This document shows, piece after piece, positions 27,906 through 39,000 of a DNA stretch of 64,000 bases (the first letter of the stretch is position 1; each line of letters opens with the position of its first letter). This stretch comes from Methanobacteriota archaeon (lineage in GTDB: Archaea > Thermoplasmatota > Poseidoniia > Poseidoniales > Poseidoniaceae), in the NCBI GenBank assembly GCA_002726395.1, contig PBTA01000030.1, positions 29,877-93,876 on the forward strand. Reading direction: 5' to 3'. The notes below the pieces were generated by a model. The model saw only the letters and a list, made by a program, of their open reading frames with translations, made no database searches and was not told the origin of the DNA. The translations under genes and the position numbers were made by a program.

Positions 27906-28901
27906 CTAAGAGCCGGCGGTTGAAAGGTTCTGCGCTGTAATTCTAATCAATTCGCTGGTAGAATTGTTAGCAATCTTTTCCGCTTGTTCAATAATTTCTG
28001 GCTCATCTGCCCTAGAGAACAAACGTTCAATTAACCGACATCTTTCGATTTCATTTACTTCATCACGGGCAATAATTTTCCACCTAAGTGAGTCGACTTT
28101 CTCGCCTCGTTTACCTTGTAACCATCGCCCAATAATCTCATATTCATGTTTGTTAATCAGAATTTGAATTATATCATCTTCAACTTCAGTAAATCTTTTT
28201 CTTAGGTATTTAACAAAGTCCTTTGTTCCGTTAGAATCAAGGGATTTCACTAGAGTCATGACAATATTTTGTTCATTAGCAAGTGCATGTGGGATAATCA
28301 ATTTAGGATCTACACCATTTTCAAGCATTGATTTAATTGATTTTGATGATAATTTAATATTGCCATCCTGCAATTTTTTCAATGCCGCTTGGACGACATT
28401 GGTAGATTCATCTTCAAGCATGTTTTCAACTATTTTTGAATCAGCGTATTGGCTATTTAATGCTATGACTCTTATTTTTGGGGATTCATGATTTTGGACA
28501 AGGGTAAAAAATTCACTTTGGTTCTCACATTTTAAGATATATTCACAAGATTTTATTTTACACAATAAGTCATCTTTCTCAAATAAAATCTTGGCCAACT
28601 TAGAGTCCTCCGGCTTGAATGATAGGAGCATATTTGCAGCAACACGGTTATACGCTATTTTTTTATGATTAATTAATACCTCTAGTATCGATATATCCCT
28701 TCGTTTAGCCCAAGTTTTGAAAGCATCTAGGGCCTTGGTTTGGTACCAATTGTCTTTATCATTTAACAGTGGAATAAAAGATTCCAAATTTCCTTCATTG
28801 TCGATTTCAAACAATTCTCTTATCGCCCGTCGCTTCTTTCGGTCATCTCGGCTTTTGAGATGTTGTAATGCCATTGCAGAGCGACCGGCCAATCTAATCA
28901 C
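27906..28901 (-). CDS. HEAT-repeat protein
   Basis: Repeats such as LLNDKDNW, HESPKIRVIAL, LEDESTNVVQAAL; all-helical. Confidence 0.65.
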   Translation of the reverse strand: MIRLAGRSAMALQHLKSRDDRKKRRAIRELFEIDNEGNLESFIPLLNDKDNWYQTKALDAFKTWAKRRDISILEVLINHKKIAYNRVAANMLLSFKPEDSKLAKILFEKDDLLCKIKSCEYILKCENQSEFFTLVQNHESPKIRVIALNSQYADSKIVENMLEDESTNVVQAALKKLQDGNIKLSSKSIKSMLENGVDPKLIIPHALANEQNIVMTLVKSLDSNGTKDFVKYLRKRFTEVEDDIIQILINKHEYEIIGRWLQGKRGEKVDSLRWKIIARDEVNEIERCRLIERLFSRADEPEIIEQAEKIANNSTSELIRITAQNLSTAGS

Positions 28902-29866
28902 CAGTCGATATCTTGGTCTTCATCATGGCCATCCATATTATTGTACTCAAAGTTGGCAATCATTGGGTGTAACATAACTTGAATTATTGGCCACAGCCTT
29001 AGGAAAGATGGAGAATAATGCCATAATAATTTGACCATTGGGTGCTGTGAAATCGGTATTCCCCCCTCGCCAATTGGGGGGGTATCGTCAGGTAAATTGT
29101 TTAATCTAGCAACCAAATCTTGCAGACTTTGCATTTCATCAAAGTCAATTATCTCAAGCTCTTCACAGGTTTCAATTGATAATTCAATCAAGTCTGCTAA
29201 TTCTTTGGGATGTAAGTGTGGGTCTATTTGAGAATCTACATCGATTGGACCAAAACAGACATTGCCTAGGTCAGTTTCTAGCTCGTGTTGGTCTTGATAC
29301 TCTATCTTCATCAGTTTTTGGGAATCTAAATCGCCTAATGGTGCAACAATAAAACCGCCGTCTGAGATTCGTGACTTGACCCACTCTGGGATAACCTCAA
29401 TTTGCCCAGTCATAATTACTCGGTTAAATTCTCCTGGAAATGCGACTGGTGCAACAGATAAATCCTCGATTCGTCTGATATCAACAGTTGGCCAATGTGA
29501 TAGTCTTTCTTTAGTATAATCTACCACTTCAGAAGATGGATCTAAAACATTTACTCGACCTTTTTCACCAACAATAGTTGCTATTAATGCCGCTAAATAG
29601 CCGCCTTTACATCCAATTACTATCACTTCTTGGTCATGATTCAATTCCATATGATGCAATAGACTGATAATCATATGTGGCGCAGAGATTGTTTTGATAT
29701 TACCAGAATTAGATTCTATGTAGGGTACAGGTCTATCGGCATAAAATGGCGAGGCATCATAATCAGTAAAATCTTCTAGATCGACTTTTAGCATTGCTAT
29801 TCTAATATGTTTTGGGACCTCTATACCCTCTTTGGACAGGCGTCGAAGCAACTCGGCTGTCCGGGT
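28898..29866 (-). CDS. pcm: Protein-L-isoaspartate O-methyltransferase-like protein with acidic C-terminal extension
   Basis: Y.DRP, TISAPHM, IG.KGGYLAA, GGFIVAPLG, V.F.PI. Start moved to ATG 29866. Confidence 0.8.
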   Translation of the reverse strand, partial: TRTAELLRRLSKEGIEVPKHIRIAMLKVDLEDFTDYDASPFYADRPVPYIESNSGNIKTISAPHMIISLLHHMELNHDQEVIVIGCKGGYLAALIATIVGEKGRVNVLDPSSEVVDYTKERLSHWPTVDIRRIEDLSVAPVAFPGEFNRVIMTGQIEVIPEWVKSRISDGGFIVAPLGDLDSQKLMKIEYQDQHELETDLGNVCFGPIDVDSQIDPHLHPKELADLIELSIETCEELEIIDFDEMQSLQDLVARLNNLPDDTPPIGEGGIPISQHPMVKLLWHYSPSFLRLWPIIQVMLHPMIANFEYNNMDGHDEDQDIDW

Positions 29867-29906
29867 CATGCAACTGGTATAACCTCGTATCTTGTAAATA
29901 GTCCCA

Positions 29907-30824
29907 TTATTTTGAAGAGGCCTTGAGTTTTTCCTCAATCACATCATCGATATAACTCAGATTTTCTTGATGCTCTTTGACAGCCAATTCGATCATTTCC
30001 TCACCAGTAATTCCTTCATACAAATCCTCAGTTAAATTACTCAATTGAGTTTGGATTGATTGTTTGATATTATTTAGGATATGAATCATGTTATCAGTAA
30101 TATCAAGTTCTTCATTTTCGGATTCTAGTACAACGGTTTCCATAAGGTTTTTCACAACTTTTGGGTCTGTATATAGTTCATCAAAAGATGAGAACATGTC
30201 ATCCATCAAGATTGATTCGATTCTAGCTAAGTGTTCTGAAATTGTTGCCCTAGCCAACCCGATCTCAACTGCTAAATCAGAAATCCTTGTCCGTTTGGGG
30301 ATGTCAAAATAACCTCTGTCATAAGCAAATTTTGCCAATTTTAATTGTTTTGTATTAAGCACAGAGCGGTCTAAAGTAGAATTGAAATCTAAACTTCTAG
30401 CGCTGATTCGGTCCGGCTGGGATATTAACCTTGCCAAGGTAGAAACCAAACGTAATTTCAGCGGCGGTCCTTGAATTATGTAAGTTAGTCCTTCTCCATC
30501 TAATCTACAACCAGGTACTGCACTTGTTCCGTTAGTTCTAGCATTCAAATTAGATACTGAGTGGTTTAATTTAACTAATATTATGTAGCTATCAGAGTTG
30601 TCTTTTGGCTCAAGAATAACCTCTAGTAATTCCAAGAAATGAAGGTCTTCTATGTCTTGAGGTGAACGTCCTTCACAAAAATTTGCCTTCAAAATGATTC
30701 TGATATCTTTTGGGACTCTTTTGACATAAGATATAAACTCTAGTTGAGTAAATACATCGACAATACCTCCTATGTCTAGGTTGGCAAGGCGTGTTCTTTT
30801 CCAAAACAGGGTCACTTCGCGCAT
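29907..30824 (-). CDS. HTH-10 (bacterio-opsin activator-type) transcriptional regulator
   Basis: KQL..AKFAYDRGYFDIPKR....DLA.EIGLARATISEHL.R.E. Confidence 0.9.
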   Translation of the reverse strand: MREVTLFWKRTRLANLDIGGIVDVFTQLEFISYVKRVPKDIRIILKANFCEGRSPQDIEDLHFLELLEVILEPKDNSDSYIILVKLNHSVSNLNARTNGTSAVPGCRLDGEGLTYIIQGPPLKLRLVSTLARLISQPDRISARSLDFNSTLDRSVLNTKQLKLAKFAYDRGYFDIPKRTRISDLAVEIGLARATISEHLARIESILMDDMFSSFDELYTDPKVVKNLMETVVLESENEELDITDNMIHILNNIKQSIQTQLSNLTEDLYEGITGEEMIELAVKEHQENLSYIDDVIEEKLKASSK

Positions 30825-30873
30825 GACTCACCTAATTATAGAGGATAAATAATATCTATTGAACTTAGTTTAT

Positions 30874-31509
30874 TCAGTTTCTCATCTCTAGCCATGCTAA
30901 AAAGGAAACAATTGGTAGTAATATCAACAGCATTCTGTTTAATTTATTTTGATAAGCATTGTACTCATGTGAGGCTATAGGGTTCACTTCTATAGATTTT
31001 GCTTTACGGGATCTTCGCAAAACACCTACTTTGTCTTCGACTATTTTTAAGACACGGTTTCTAAGTTCTGGTGAAGAACTCTTGTGGTTTCCTCTGCCAA
31101 CAATAAATTTTACCGTAGTTGTTTCAGCAATATCCAGTGCAGCATCAACTACTCCCTCCACATTAGTAAGATTGTGCATATCGATTCTTAGGTTCATTCC
31201 ATCACTTGAGATATGACTTAGAGTACGCCATTTTCCTTGTCCTTCATTATACTTGGATAATTTTTCCCTAGCTTCAATAAGCGGCTCTTTGGTTAATATT
31301 ACTGGTTTTCTTCTTCTCGATAGGAATGGCCCAAGCAAGAGGGAAAACAAAAATGGTGGAATGCACATTAAAGAAATAGTTCTTTGAACATTTTCAGCGT
31401 CGGTAAGAACAGAGATAGTTGCGAGAGAAAAACCGAGGTAAAGGCCAATCAAGCCACCGGCTTGAAACCCCATGGTGAGTCCAACCGGCTCTCCAACTTC
31501 ATCTGCCAT
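30874..31509 (-). CDS. Membrane protein (3 TM) with Smr-like domain
   Basis: Two N-terminal TMs, RIDMHNL...VKFIVGRGNHKSS...LRNRV, one C-terminal TM. Start moved to ATG 31509. Confidence 0.65.
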   Translation of the reverse strand: MADEVGEPVGLTMGFQAGGLIGLYLGFSLATISVLTDAENVQRTISLMCIPPFLFSLLLGPFLSRRRKPVILTKEPLIEAREKLSKYNEGQGKWRTLSHISSDGMNLRIDMHNLTNVEGVVDAALDIAETTTVKFIVGRGNHKSSSPELRNRVLKIVEDKVGVLRRSRKAKSIEVNPIASHEYNAYQNKLNRMLLILLPIVSFLAWLEMRN

Positions 31510-31578
31510 GTTATGGCCAAAGCCGGATTGTAGAAGAATACTTTGACATGAATTCATTATAAGTCGTTTCTTGTTAGC

Positions 31579-32304
31579 GTGTATGTGAACAAGAATGGAT
31601 TAGCCTCTCGTGACCGAGAGAAGAAAGTTGGGAACTGGGTGTTTTATGTCTCAGCTTTCTTTTTCATTTCTTTTTTTCTTGCACCAATAATAGTAGGTAC
31701 CGGAGAAGTCCCGCCTTTAGAAGCAAGAGCAAATGCCTTTGATTATGCAACCAGTGACGGCATGTGGTCTTCAGGTAATGATAACTTAGAAGATGACTTT
31801 GCCTGGACTGAATTAGATCCATACTCGGCGTTGATTTACGGGTTTGGAGACCTCAACTGTCATCAAAAATATGAGCGTTCTTGGATAATAAACGACAATC
31901 AAATGCCAGTTTGCACTAGAGACGTTGGAATCTTTTTCGGACTTGCTGTTGGGGGTTTTTGGTTTTCAAGAAAGGGATACAATCGTTGGACTGTAAAAGA
32001 CACTTGTCTTTCTTTACTACCCGATAGATGGTTACTTAACACCTATCTAAAAAATCGTAGAACCTTAGTTTGGCTTTTGTGCGGCTTAGCCCTTTGTTTA
32101 CCATTGATCATCGATGGTTTCACTCAATTATTAACTTCCTACGAATCAAATAACATTACTCGCCCGCTTACAGGAATTGGATTTGGAGTTGGATTGGGGG
32201 TACTAATTAGTGCTACTTATTCGGCTAAGTCAAAATATTTCAAATCAGCATCACAAGTTAGTTTGCCGGGTGGGATGAAGTTTCAGCTCGTCGAAGAAGA
32301 GTGA
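31579..32304 (+). CDS. DUF2085-family membrane protein
   Basis: CHQ..ERS...QMPVCTRD.GI, PL.IDGFTQL..SYESNN..R..TG. Confidence 0.85.
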   Translation: MYVNKNGLASRDREKKVGNWVFYVSAFFFISFFLAPIIVGTGEVPPLEARANAFDYATSDGMWSSGNDNLEDDFAWTELDPYSALIYGFGDLNCHQKYERSWIINDNQMPVCTRDVGIFFGLAVGGFWFSRKGYNRWTVKDTCLSLLPDRWLLNTYLKNRRTLVWLLCGLALCLPLIIDGFTQLLTSYESNNITRPLTGIGFGVGLGVLISATYSAKSKYFKSASQVSLPGGMKFQLVEEE

Positions 32305-32305
32305 A

Positions 32306-33664
32306 TTAAGGCGGAAGTGTTTTCCACCAAACGATTAGTTCTTCTATGCTACTAGGTACTGGGCATTCACGATGTCCGCTAGTCAGTATTACTAATCTCT
32401 CTGTGACATCTTTAATACATTTTTTTAGTTGATAAGCCGGTAATTTTGCTGGATTTTTTTGAATAATTTCTTCTAGACATATTTCCCACTCACTACTTGG
32501 ATTTGCCCTACGCCATGATGATATTGACGTTCTCAATGGCCACATTGCTAGAGCAAGTCTACCAAAACCAAGACGCTCTTCTCTAAGTTTGAAGACTTTC
32601 GCTTCAGAGAATGGTATGTGATTGAACTGTTTATTAATCCACTTTTCTTCTTCCAACCATTTGACTAAACGTTGTGTATGTCTCCTAGTGATCATTCTGT
32701 GAGGGCCAAGAAGTTTATGCAATTTTGGTACTTCAGTTGATCCACCAATAAGGGATAGAGAACCAAGAATTGACCACGAGGATAATGAAAAAGGATTAAT
32801 TGGGACATCGAATTCCTTAGCAGATTTTTGAGGCCAATTATCTTCGGCGAATTTCATCCATTTTGCAGGAGAGTTTTTCGCCAACCAACCCTCGTGTATA
32901 GCAGTCATATTCTTCGGGGCGCCAGGCAGTCTTGTTTGAGTTTCTAGATTGCCGATCATTTTAGAAAGTAAGTACCTATCTACTTTGTCGCTGTCTACAT
33001 TTAATGGCGCTGGTTTTTTGTTAAAGAAAGTTCTAAGAGTATCACTTAATTTTTTCTTTAATTCATCTAGTCCAGATTCATTCAAAATAGGTCCAACAAC
33101 CTGGCATTTATCAAATGGCTCAGGTACCTTGATTTTGCCTGATAATAAAGCTCTAAAACCCTTGCGGATTTGCTTTTGAATTTCAGTAGTTTCAAAATAT
33201 TCCTGCTTATTGCTGGTCATTCTCAATGTACCGGAACGGATCCTTTTCATTGCTTTTACAGGGTCGCAATCAATCCAAATTACTAAATCAGGTATCATTG
33301 CTGCAGCATTCATTTTAACTACGTCATCAATTCCTAGTTCGCCGACTATACCTTGGTAAATCATTGATGAATGTATATTTCGGTCAGATACCACTATCTG
33401 CCCTTTCTCAAGTAAAGGTTTGATGATAGTATGAGAATGGTCTAAGCGGTCTGCTGCGAATAAACCAGCCTCTTGTAGTGGCGTTTTGTCGCCTTTCATT
33501 ACTGATTCTAGGGCTAATTTGCCTAATTCACTATGTCGTCTAGGTTCGTGTGTCGAATGTATTTTTGGAAACGGGAAGTCATTCAAAATTTCACCAATTA
33601 TCCTAGCAGCCTCTCCTTTGCCAGAACCATCTCCTCCTTCGACTGAAATGAGGTACATCTTCAA
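32306..33664 (-). CDS. tmk: Thymidylate kinase fused to an uncharacterised C-terminal domain of about 230 aa
   Basis: VEGGDGSGK, THEP, LFAADR..H, VVSDR...SS..YQG, PDLVIWID. Confidence 0.9.
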   Translation of the reverse strand: MKMYLISVEGGDGSGKGEAARIIGEILNDFPFPKIHSTHEPRRHSELGKLALESVMKGDKTPLQEAGLFAADRLDHSHTIIKPLLEKGQIVVSDRNIHSSMIYQGIVGELGIDDVVKMNAAAMIPDLVIWIDCDPVKAMKRIRSGTLRMTSNKQEYFETTEIQKQIRKGFRALLSGKIKVPEPFDKCQVVGPILNESGLDELKKKLSDTLRTFFNKKPAPLNVDSDKVDRYLLSKMIGNLETQTRLPGAPKNMTAIHEGWLAKNSPAKWMKFAEDNWPQKSAKEFDVPINPFSLSSWSILGSLSLIGGSTEVPKLHKLLGPHRMITRRHTQRLVKWLEEEKWINKQFNHIPFSEAKVFKLREERLGFGRLALAMWPLRTSISSWRRANPSSEWEICLEEIIQKNPAKLPAYQLKKCIKDVTERLVILTSGHRECPVPSSIEELIVWWKTLPP

Positions 33665-34506
33665 TCCTCTAAGTAATCTTCATACTGATCCTTTACTAAC
33701 GAATTTAACGCCATACCAGCCAGTATCAAAATGGGACCAATCCAAATAAGACCACGGCTAAATAAACTAATTCCAGCAAGGTATTGTGTCCTTCTGTATC
33801 GACTAGCCCTTCTAGTTTCTACTGATGCTTGTATGCCAACAAATCCAGTTATAATGGTCATCACTCCAAGGAATGTTGATAATGCAACAGCTGCTTCAAG
33901 AGACCATCCCCCTTCACTATCTACGAAGTCTTCTTGGATTATAATTGATGGATTACCAGTTTTCATGGTAAACGGACTCATTAACCCATCCTCAGCAATA
34001 AATGTACGCTCAAGGCTGCTATAACCATCTTTTACGACTCTTATTGTCATCGTTTCGGGTTTGACATTATCCAACTGGAAGTATCCGTTATCATTGGTAA
34101 GGACTGTCTGAATTACTGAATTTGAATTATCTTCGTACAGTTCTATACTTGCGTTATTTATGGCAACGCCGTCATCGGTTAGTACTTGACCAGTCAAGTC
34201 CACTGTTTCTGCCTCGTTAAATAAGGAAGAATTTAGCAAATCGCCTGGATTGCCTTGCAGCAAGATTCCACCACTAATTATGCCTAAGATACTGCCTACC
34301 AGTATTGCAATGGCTGCAATCATGCGCAGTTTAGATCGTTCATCATAGTCTAAATCAATCATCGGTTTTACAACAATATCCTGTTGAATATTTTCTTCAT
34401 TTTCAGTTAAGTCAGAATAATGTATTGCTTCATTTGGGGAATCAATTTGTGATTGAACACGCTTCCGAAGTTCAGCCCTGCGCTGCTCAAAACTTTTCCC
34501 AGTCAT
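33661..34506 (-). CDS. Membrane protein with carboxypeptidase-regulatory-like (Cna-B) domain
   Basis: TM, then LTGQV..DDG.AI.NASI...TNDNGYF.L..V......I.V.KDGY, then further TMs. Confidence 0.75.
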   Translation of the reverse strand: MTGKSFEQRRAELRKRVQSQIDSPNEAIHYSDLTENEENIQQDIVVKPMIDLDYDERSKLRMIAAIAILVGSILGIISGGILLQGNPGDLLNSSLFNEAETVDLTGQVLTDDGVAINNASIELYEDNSNSVIQTVLTNDNGYFQLDNVKPETMTIRVVKDGYSSLERTFIAEDGLMSPFTMKTGNPSIIIQEDFVDSEGGWSLEAAVALSTFLGVMTIITGFVGIQASVETRRASRYRRTQYLAGISLFSRGLIWIGPILILAGMALNSLVKDQYEDYLED

Positions 34507-34536
34507 TACAGGCCCTCCATGTAGTTACGATATAGT

Positions 34537-34571
34537 GCGCGGATAATACCTCTTCCCTTGTTTGTCCGCGC
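34537..34571. repeat. GC-rich inverted repeat (hairpin or operator candidate)
   Basis: GCGCGGA (34537-34543) - 21 nt - TCCGCGC (34565-34571) in an AT-rich intergenic region. Confidence 0.5.
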
Positions 34572-34603
34572 TTAATATTACCTTTAGAGAGAAATATCTG
34601 CAA

Positions 34604-35914
34604 CTAATTCATATTATTCTTTATTTGATTCTCCCACCAACTATTACTCTCATCTTGTTCAGAATCTTTATCCGAGTGTAAATCTTCTTTTTGTTTAGTA
34701 ATCAAACCAAAGATTAACACCACTAAGCCAAAGACTGAAAAGCCAAAGACTGAAATAACAATCAACAATGAAATATACTTCTTATACCCATAATCTGAAT
34801 TTGCTGAATTATCACTGTTAGTGTTACTGCTTTCTGTATTGTTGATATTTTCTTTATTTGTAATGTCATCTACCAAATTCCAAGCAGATGTCCTCAAACC
34901 AAGTTCAAGAATAGATCCAATGTAGTTAAGCGACTGTGAACTTACTTTGTCTGCAGTATCATTCTGGGTATGCCAATGCCCTCCAAAAGAAGGTGCATTT
35001 TCACCGTAATTTATGTCGATAAAATTAATCGCAGGGATTCCCGCATTGTGTGCTGCGACATGGTCGTCTATCACTCCTCTCTCATCATTTGGATCTGGAT
35101 TGTAGATGTCTTGGCCGTTATTGCCATTACAGTCCAGCTCACCATCTATCATACCAAGTGCGGCTGTTATTGGGGTTATTGTTTCCCAAAGCCTATCAGA
35201 GGTGCTGGTAACTCTGGTGAAGTCAAGGTAAATATCCCCTATCATGTCTATTACGATATATGCAGAGATATTTGCTTTGTAATCATTGGTCAAATTACTA
35301 ACCCAAGCATCTGCGCCGTAAGACCAAGTATTTGCTTTGTAAGGTTGTCCTTGATCTTCAGCATCAGTAAAAAATAGAGTAACATCATGATTAATTTGTA
35401 ACGATGGTATTATTCTTCCAAGTTCGATTAGTACAGCAACACCACTTGCTCCATCATTTGCCCCTAAAATTGGCTGGTTTCTTTTTGATTCATCAGCATC
35501 CCTGTCCGCTATGTACCTACTATCATAATGAGCGACGAATATCACATTTTGTCCCGTTGTATTATCAGGGCTGTAAGTGCCGACTAGATTTGTTAGAGTA
35601 AAATTAGCTCTTTGATGCGATGATTCTGTAAATGACCATTCTGTGAGGTTTTCCGTGACAGATTGGCGAAGTTCTGCCGAAGCATCAGACCCGGGTAAAC
35701 GATATCCTAGACTAGTTTGCCAAGAGACCGACTGATTGGCTTTTGTAGCGTTAAACTGTAATTCAGAAATTGAATCACAGGGGTCGCTTCCCAGATATAT
35801 CTGTTGAGAGTTATTTGAAGAAATAGTGGTTGACAGCATCAAAATAAAGACGATAAATACGCTCGATATGACCCTGAGTTTCAGGTTATTGTCATGCGGT
35901 TTGACAATGAGCAT
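34604..35914 (-). CDS. M28 peptidase / glutaminyl cyclase-like, membrane-anchored
   Basis: AHYDSR, GANDGASGVAVL, FTDAED, DMIG, DDH, WHT..DT; N-terminal signal/TM and C-terminal TM. Confidence 0.88.
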   Translation of the reverse strand: MLIVKPHDNNLKLRVISSVFIVFILMLSTTISSNNSQQIYLGSDPCDSISELQFNATKANQSVSWQTSLGYRLPGSDASAELRQSVTENLTEWSFTESSHQRANFTLTNLVGTYSPDNTTGQNVIFVAHYDSRYIADRDADESKRNQPILGANDGASGVAVLIELGRIIPSLQINHDVTLFFTDAEDQGQPYKANTWSYGADAWVSNLTNDYKANISAYIVIDMIGDIYLDFTRVTSTSDRLWETITPITAALGMIDGELDCNGNNGQDIYNPDPNDERGVIDDHVAAHNAGIPAINFIDINYGENAPSFGGHWHTQNDTADKVSSQSLNYIGSILELGLRTSAWNLVDDITNKENINNTESSNTNSDNSANSDYGYKKYISLLIVISVFGFSVFGLVVLIFGLITKQKEDLHSDKDSEQDESNSWWENQIKNNMN

Positions 35915-36000
35915 TACTGACTCCTAACAGACGGACACTTAAATAGTTCTTTTTCACTGCTTAATTTGAATGCAAGGTTGCATTTAGTTGGGTCCCTCTC

Positions 36001-39000
36001 ATGTCGGAAAAACGCTCTACAAAATCACTGTTTTTAATTGGCCTGATGGTAATTTCTTTTTTGACCCCAGTTTTGTCCTCGGCATCGGCTGATGAACAGT
36101 TAGACGGCCAGGATGATGAGTATGATGCACAAGGAATAATTATCGGCGATTTAACAGAGTTTGATCCTGCCGACGGTCGAGAGTATTTGTTGATTGAAGA
36201 AGACACTGCGGTCGTATCAGCATATGGTTTCATGAAGCAGGCATGGATTGACTCAGGAAGGCCTGGAGTTGATGATATGAAATATGAACCAGTAACTCAC
36301 GGCAGAGCAAGTGGTAGAGTCTGTACGCCCCACTTAACTGGAGACGCCCTTACAGTTCCAATTTCAGGTGGTTCTATTGATGCATATGTCGCAAAGACTA
36401 CCAACACTGTGGCGTTTATTGTTCAAACAGGCAGAACTCTATCATCAACTGTTTTAAATAATCTAGCATCGTCTTGGGATTCAACAATTTACCCAACAAT
36501 GACCACTTACTACGGGAAAGATTACGGTGACGGACGTGGACTTGCTGCTCCAGATATAGACAACAATTGTCAAGTGCAAATCATAGTATACGATATTGAT
36601 GGGGCATTCAATACTGGTGGTTACTTTGCTCCATCATTTGCTAGTGTAAGGGAGTCTGTTTTCATAGACTTTGCCGACATTACCCTTAACTGGGGCAAAT
36701 CAATAATTGCTCACGAATTGCAGCATTTACTGCACAATGCCCAGGATCCTTATGAAAATTTATGGATTGATGAAGGCAATGCAGATGTAGCAATATATCT
36801 CTGCTTTGGCCCTGACTCAACACTGGTTAGTCATCTAAATCAATGGACAGAAGCTCCTGAATTGTCCATAAGATGGTGGAATCAAAGATTTGCAGACTAC
36901 GGTGCAGGATTTATTTTCACAATGTATTTGGCCGATCATTTAGGTGGCGGCCCAGCAGTAAGACAATTGGTTCAAGACTCGGCTACTGGCGGGGTAAGTG
37001 TTCAAAATCTAGCATTATCGCCTCCTTCGGGCTCCTCTGGTGCGATTGGCCGGACCATGGGAGAGATTTTTGCTAATTTCTCAGTCGCAGCATTTTTGGA
37101 TTCAGAACAAGGGATTTACGGGTTTTCGAATCTAGACTTAACTCCAGTTTGTAGTTCGAATTCTTTCTGTCGTGCCCAGCCAACTGAAGTAAATAGTGAT
37201 TGGAGCACTCCATGGTCATCAACTGGTAACAGCGTTGAAGGATGGGGACTTAGAGGATTTAAATTCACTCCTGGCTCATCATCTCCAGCACCTTTGACAA
37301 TTAGGTTAACTGCGGATGTAAGCCAATTTGACGGCGTTATTGTTAGCAAATCAATGGTTGATGGTCTACTTTCAGTAACAGACTTGACATTCCAAAATAA
37401 TGTTGCTACTGCTCTTGTTCCTGGTTTTGGTAATTTGACAGATGAAGTTTGGGCAATAACTTGGTATGCAAGCACAGTAGCAGATTGCGATTACACTTCT
37501 TGCGGCTCATCTTACCCCCAAGGAACGGTTGATGTTGAAGCTGCAAGAATAACTTCCCCTGCTAGTTTGACTATCAATAACTCAGTTTTATCAGATAGAG
37601 ATGGCGATAGTAATGATGACACTGTTCAAGTAAACTTTGATGTTTTCTCTAACGCCTTTTTCGAAGATTTAGATGTTGATATCAGCATTTTAGATTCTAG
37701 TGGTAACATAATTGACGAGAAGACTTCTAGAATTTCAGCCGGTGGTGGTGTTAACTCAAACAGCAATATTTGGTTTACTGCGCCAAATGATGGTCAGTAT
37801 ACGGTCAAGTTTGACATGTACGATATGATTGGAACTCTTGTTGACAGTGTTTCAACCCAAGCTTGGGCTTTATCCAATATGCGTCCAACTGCAAATGCAT
37901 CAGTTTCTACTAATGTGTCTCAAACATGGGAAAACATACAATTTGTCGGTGACGGATTTGATGCTTGGGGTTTGTCCCTAGACAATAATACCTTGCCATA
38001 CCTAGACCAACCGGTTGCTTATGCATGGGACTTTGGTGATTCAGTCACTTCTAATTTGAAATCCCCAACACGTTCTTATCAAAATGCTGGATTGTATAAC
38101 GCAACGTTGCGAATAATGGATCAAGGGAATACCTGGTCTGAAACAGATGTTGTTCAAATAAATGTTACAGATGATTCAGTGCCAATTCCAGTTATTACAG
38201 TAAATAACGTTGTCATTACAGACAATATTAGTATCTTGACAGAGCAAACAATTCAATTTTCTGCTTCTCGGACTGTGGACAATGTTCCTTTGAGTAATTT
38301 AGATTTCCAATGGGAGTGGGGTGATGGAACATTAGATTCTGACACAGGTAAATATCTAGTCCAGCATAAATGGGATGCAATCAATCAAGAAGTAGAAGAG
38401 TACAATTTGACTCTGTCGGTATTTGATGGCTTCAATACTGGTACTGTTTCGATTAGTGTATTTGTCAATAATAGAGTTCCATATCAAATCTTTTCAGATA
38501 ATTTGACCACTTACACATACACTTCAGTCCCAATGCCAGATGTATTTGCTGATGACGATGGAACAATTGTTTCATATGATTGGGTATTTCCAGAAGGTGT
38601 TAACCTAAATGGTGGGATTACCGATCAAGGAGACGACTTTTTACAGACCACTTCAAGTGATACTTATCCTAACCCCTCTTGGGATTCTCCTGGAATAAAA
38701 ATCGTAACTCTGACAGTTACCGATGATGACGGTAGCCAATCTACTACACAATTATTTGTTAATGTGTTAAATCAAATTCCTGTAGCAGACTTCATTGTAA
38801 GGATTACAGAGAACGGCGAGACTTCGGCTATAGACTTTAGAGCCGAGGATGGTTTTGTTGATGTCCCATACACATTTGATGGAATCTCTTCTTATGACAT
38901 AGATTCAACTACTGGCGATTCTGCTGGATTAATTTATAATTGGTCATTTGGTAGTGATGAATTCAGTGAAAATGCCATTACTACATACACCTTCACCGAA

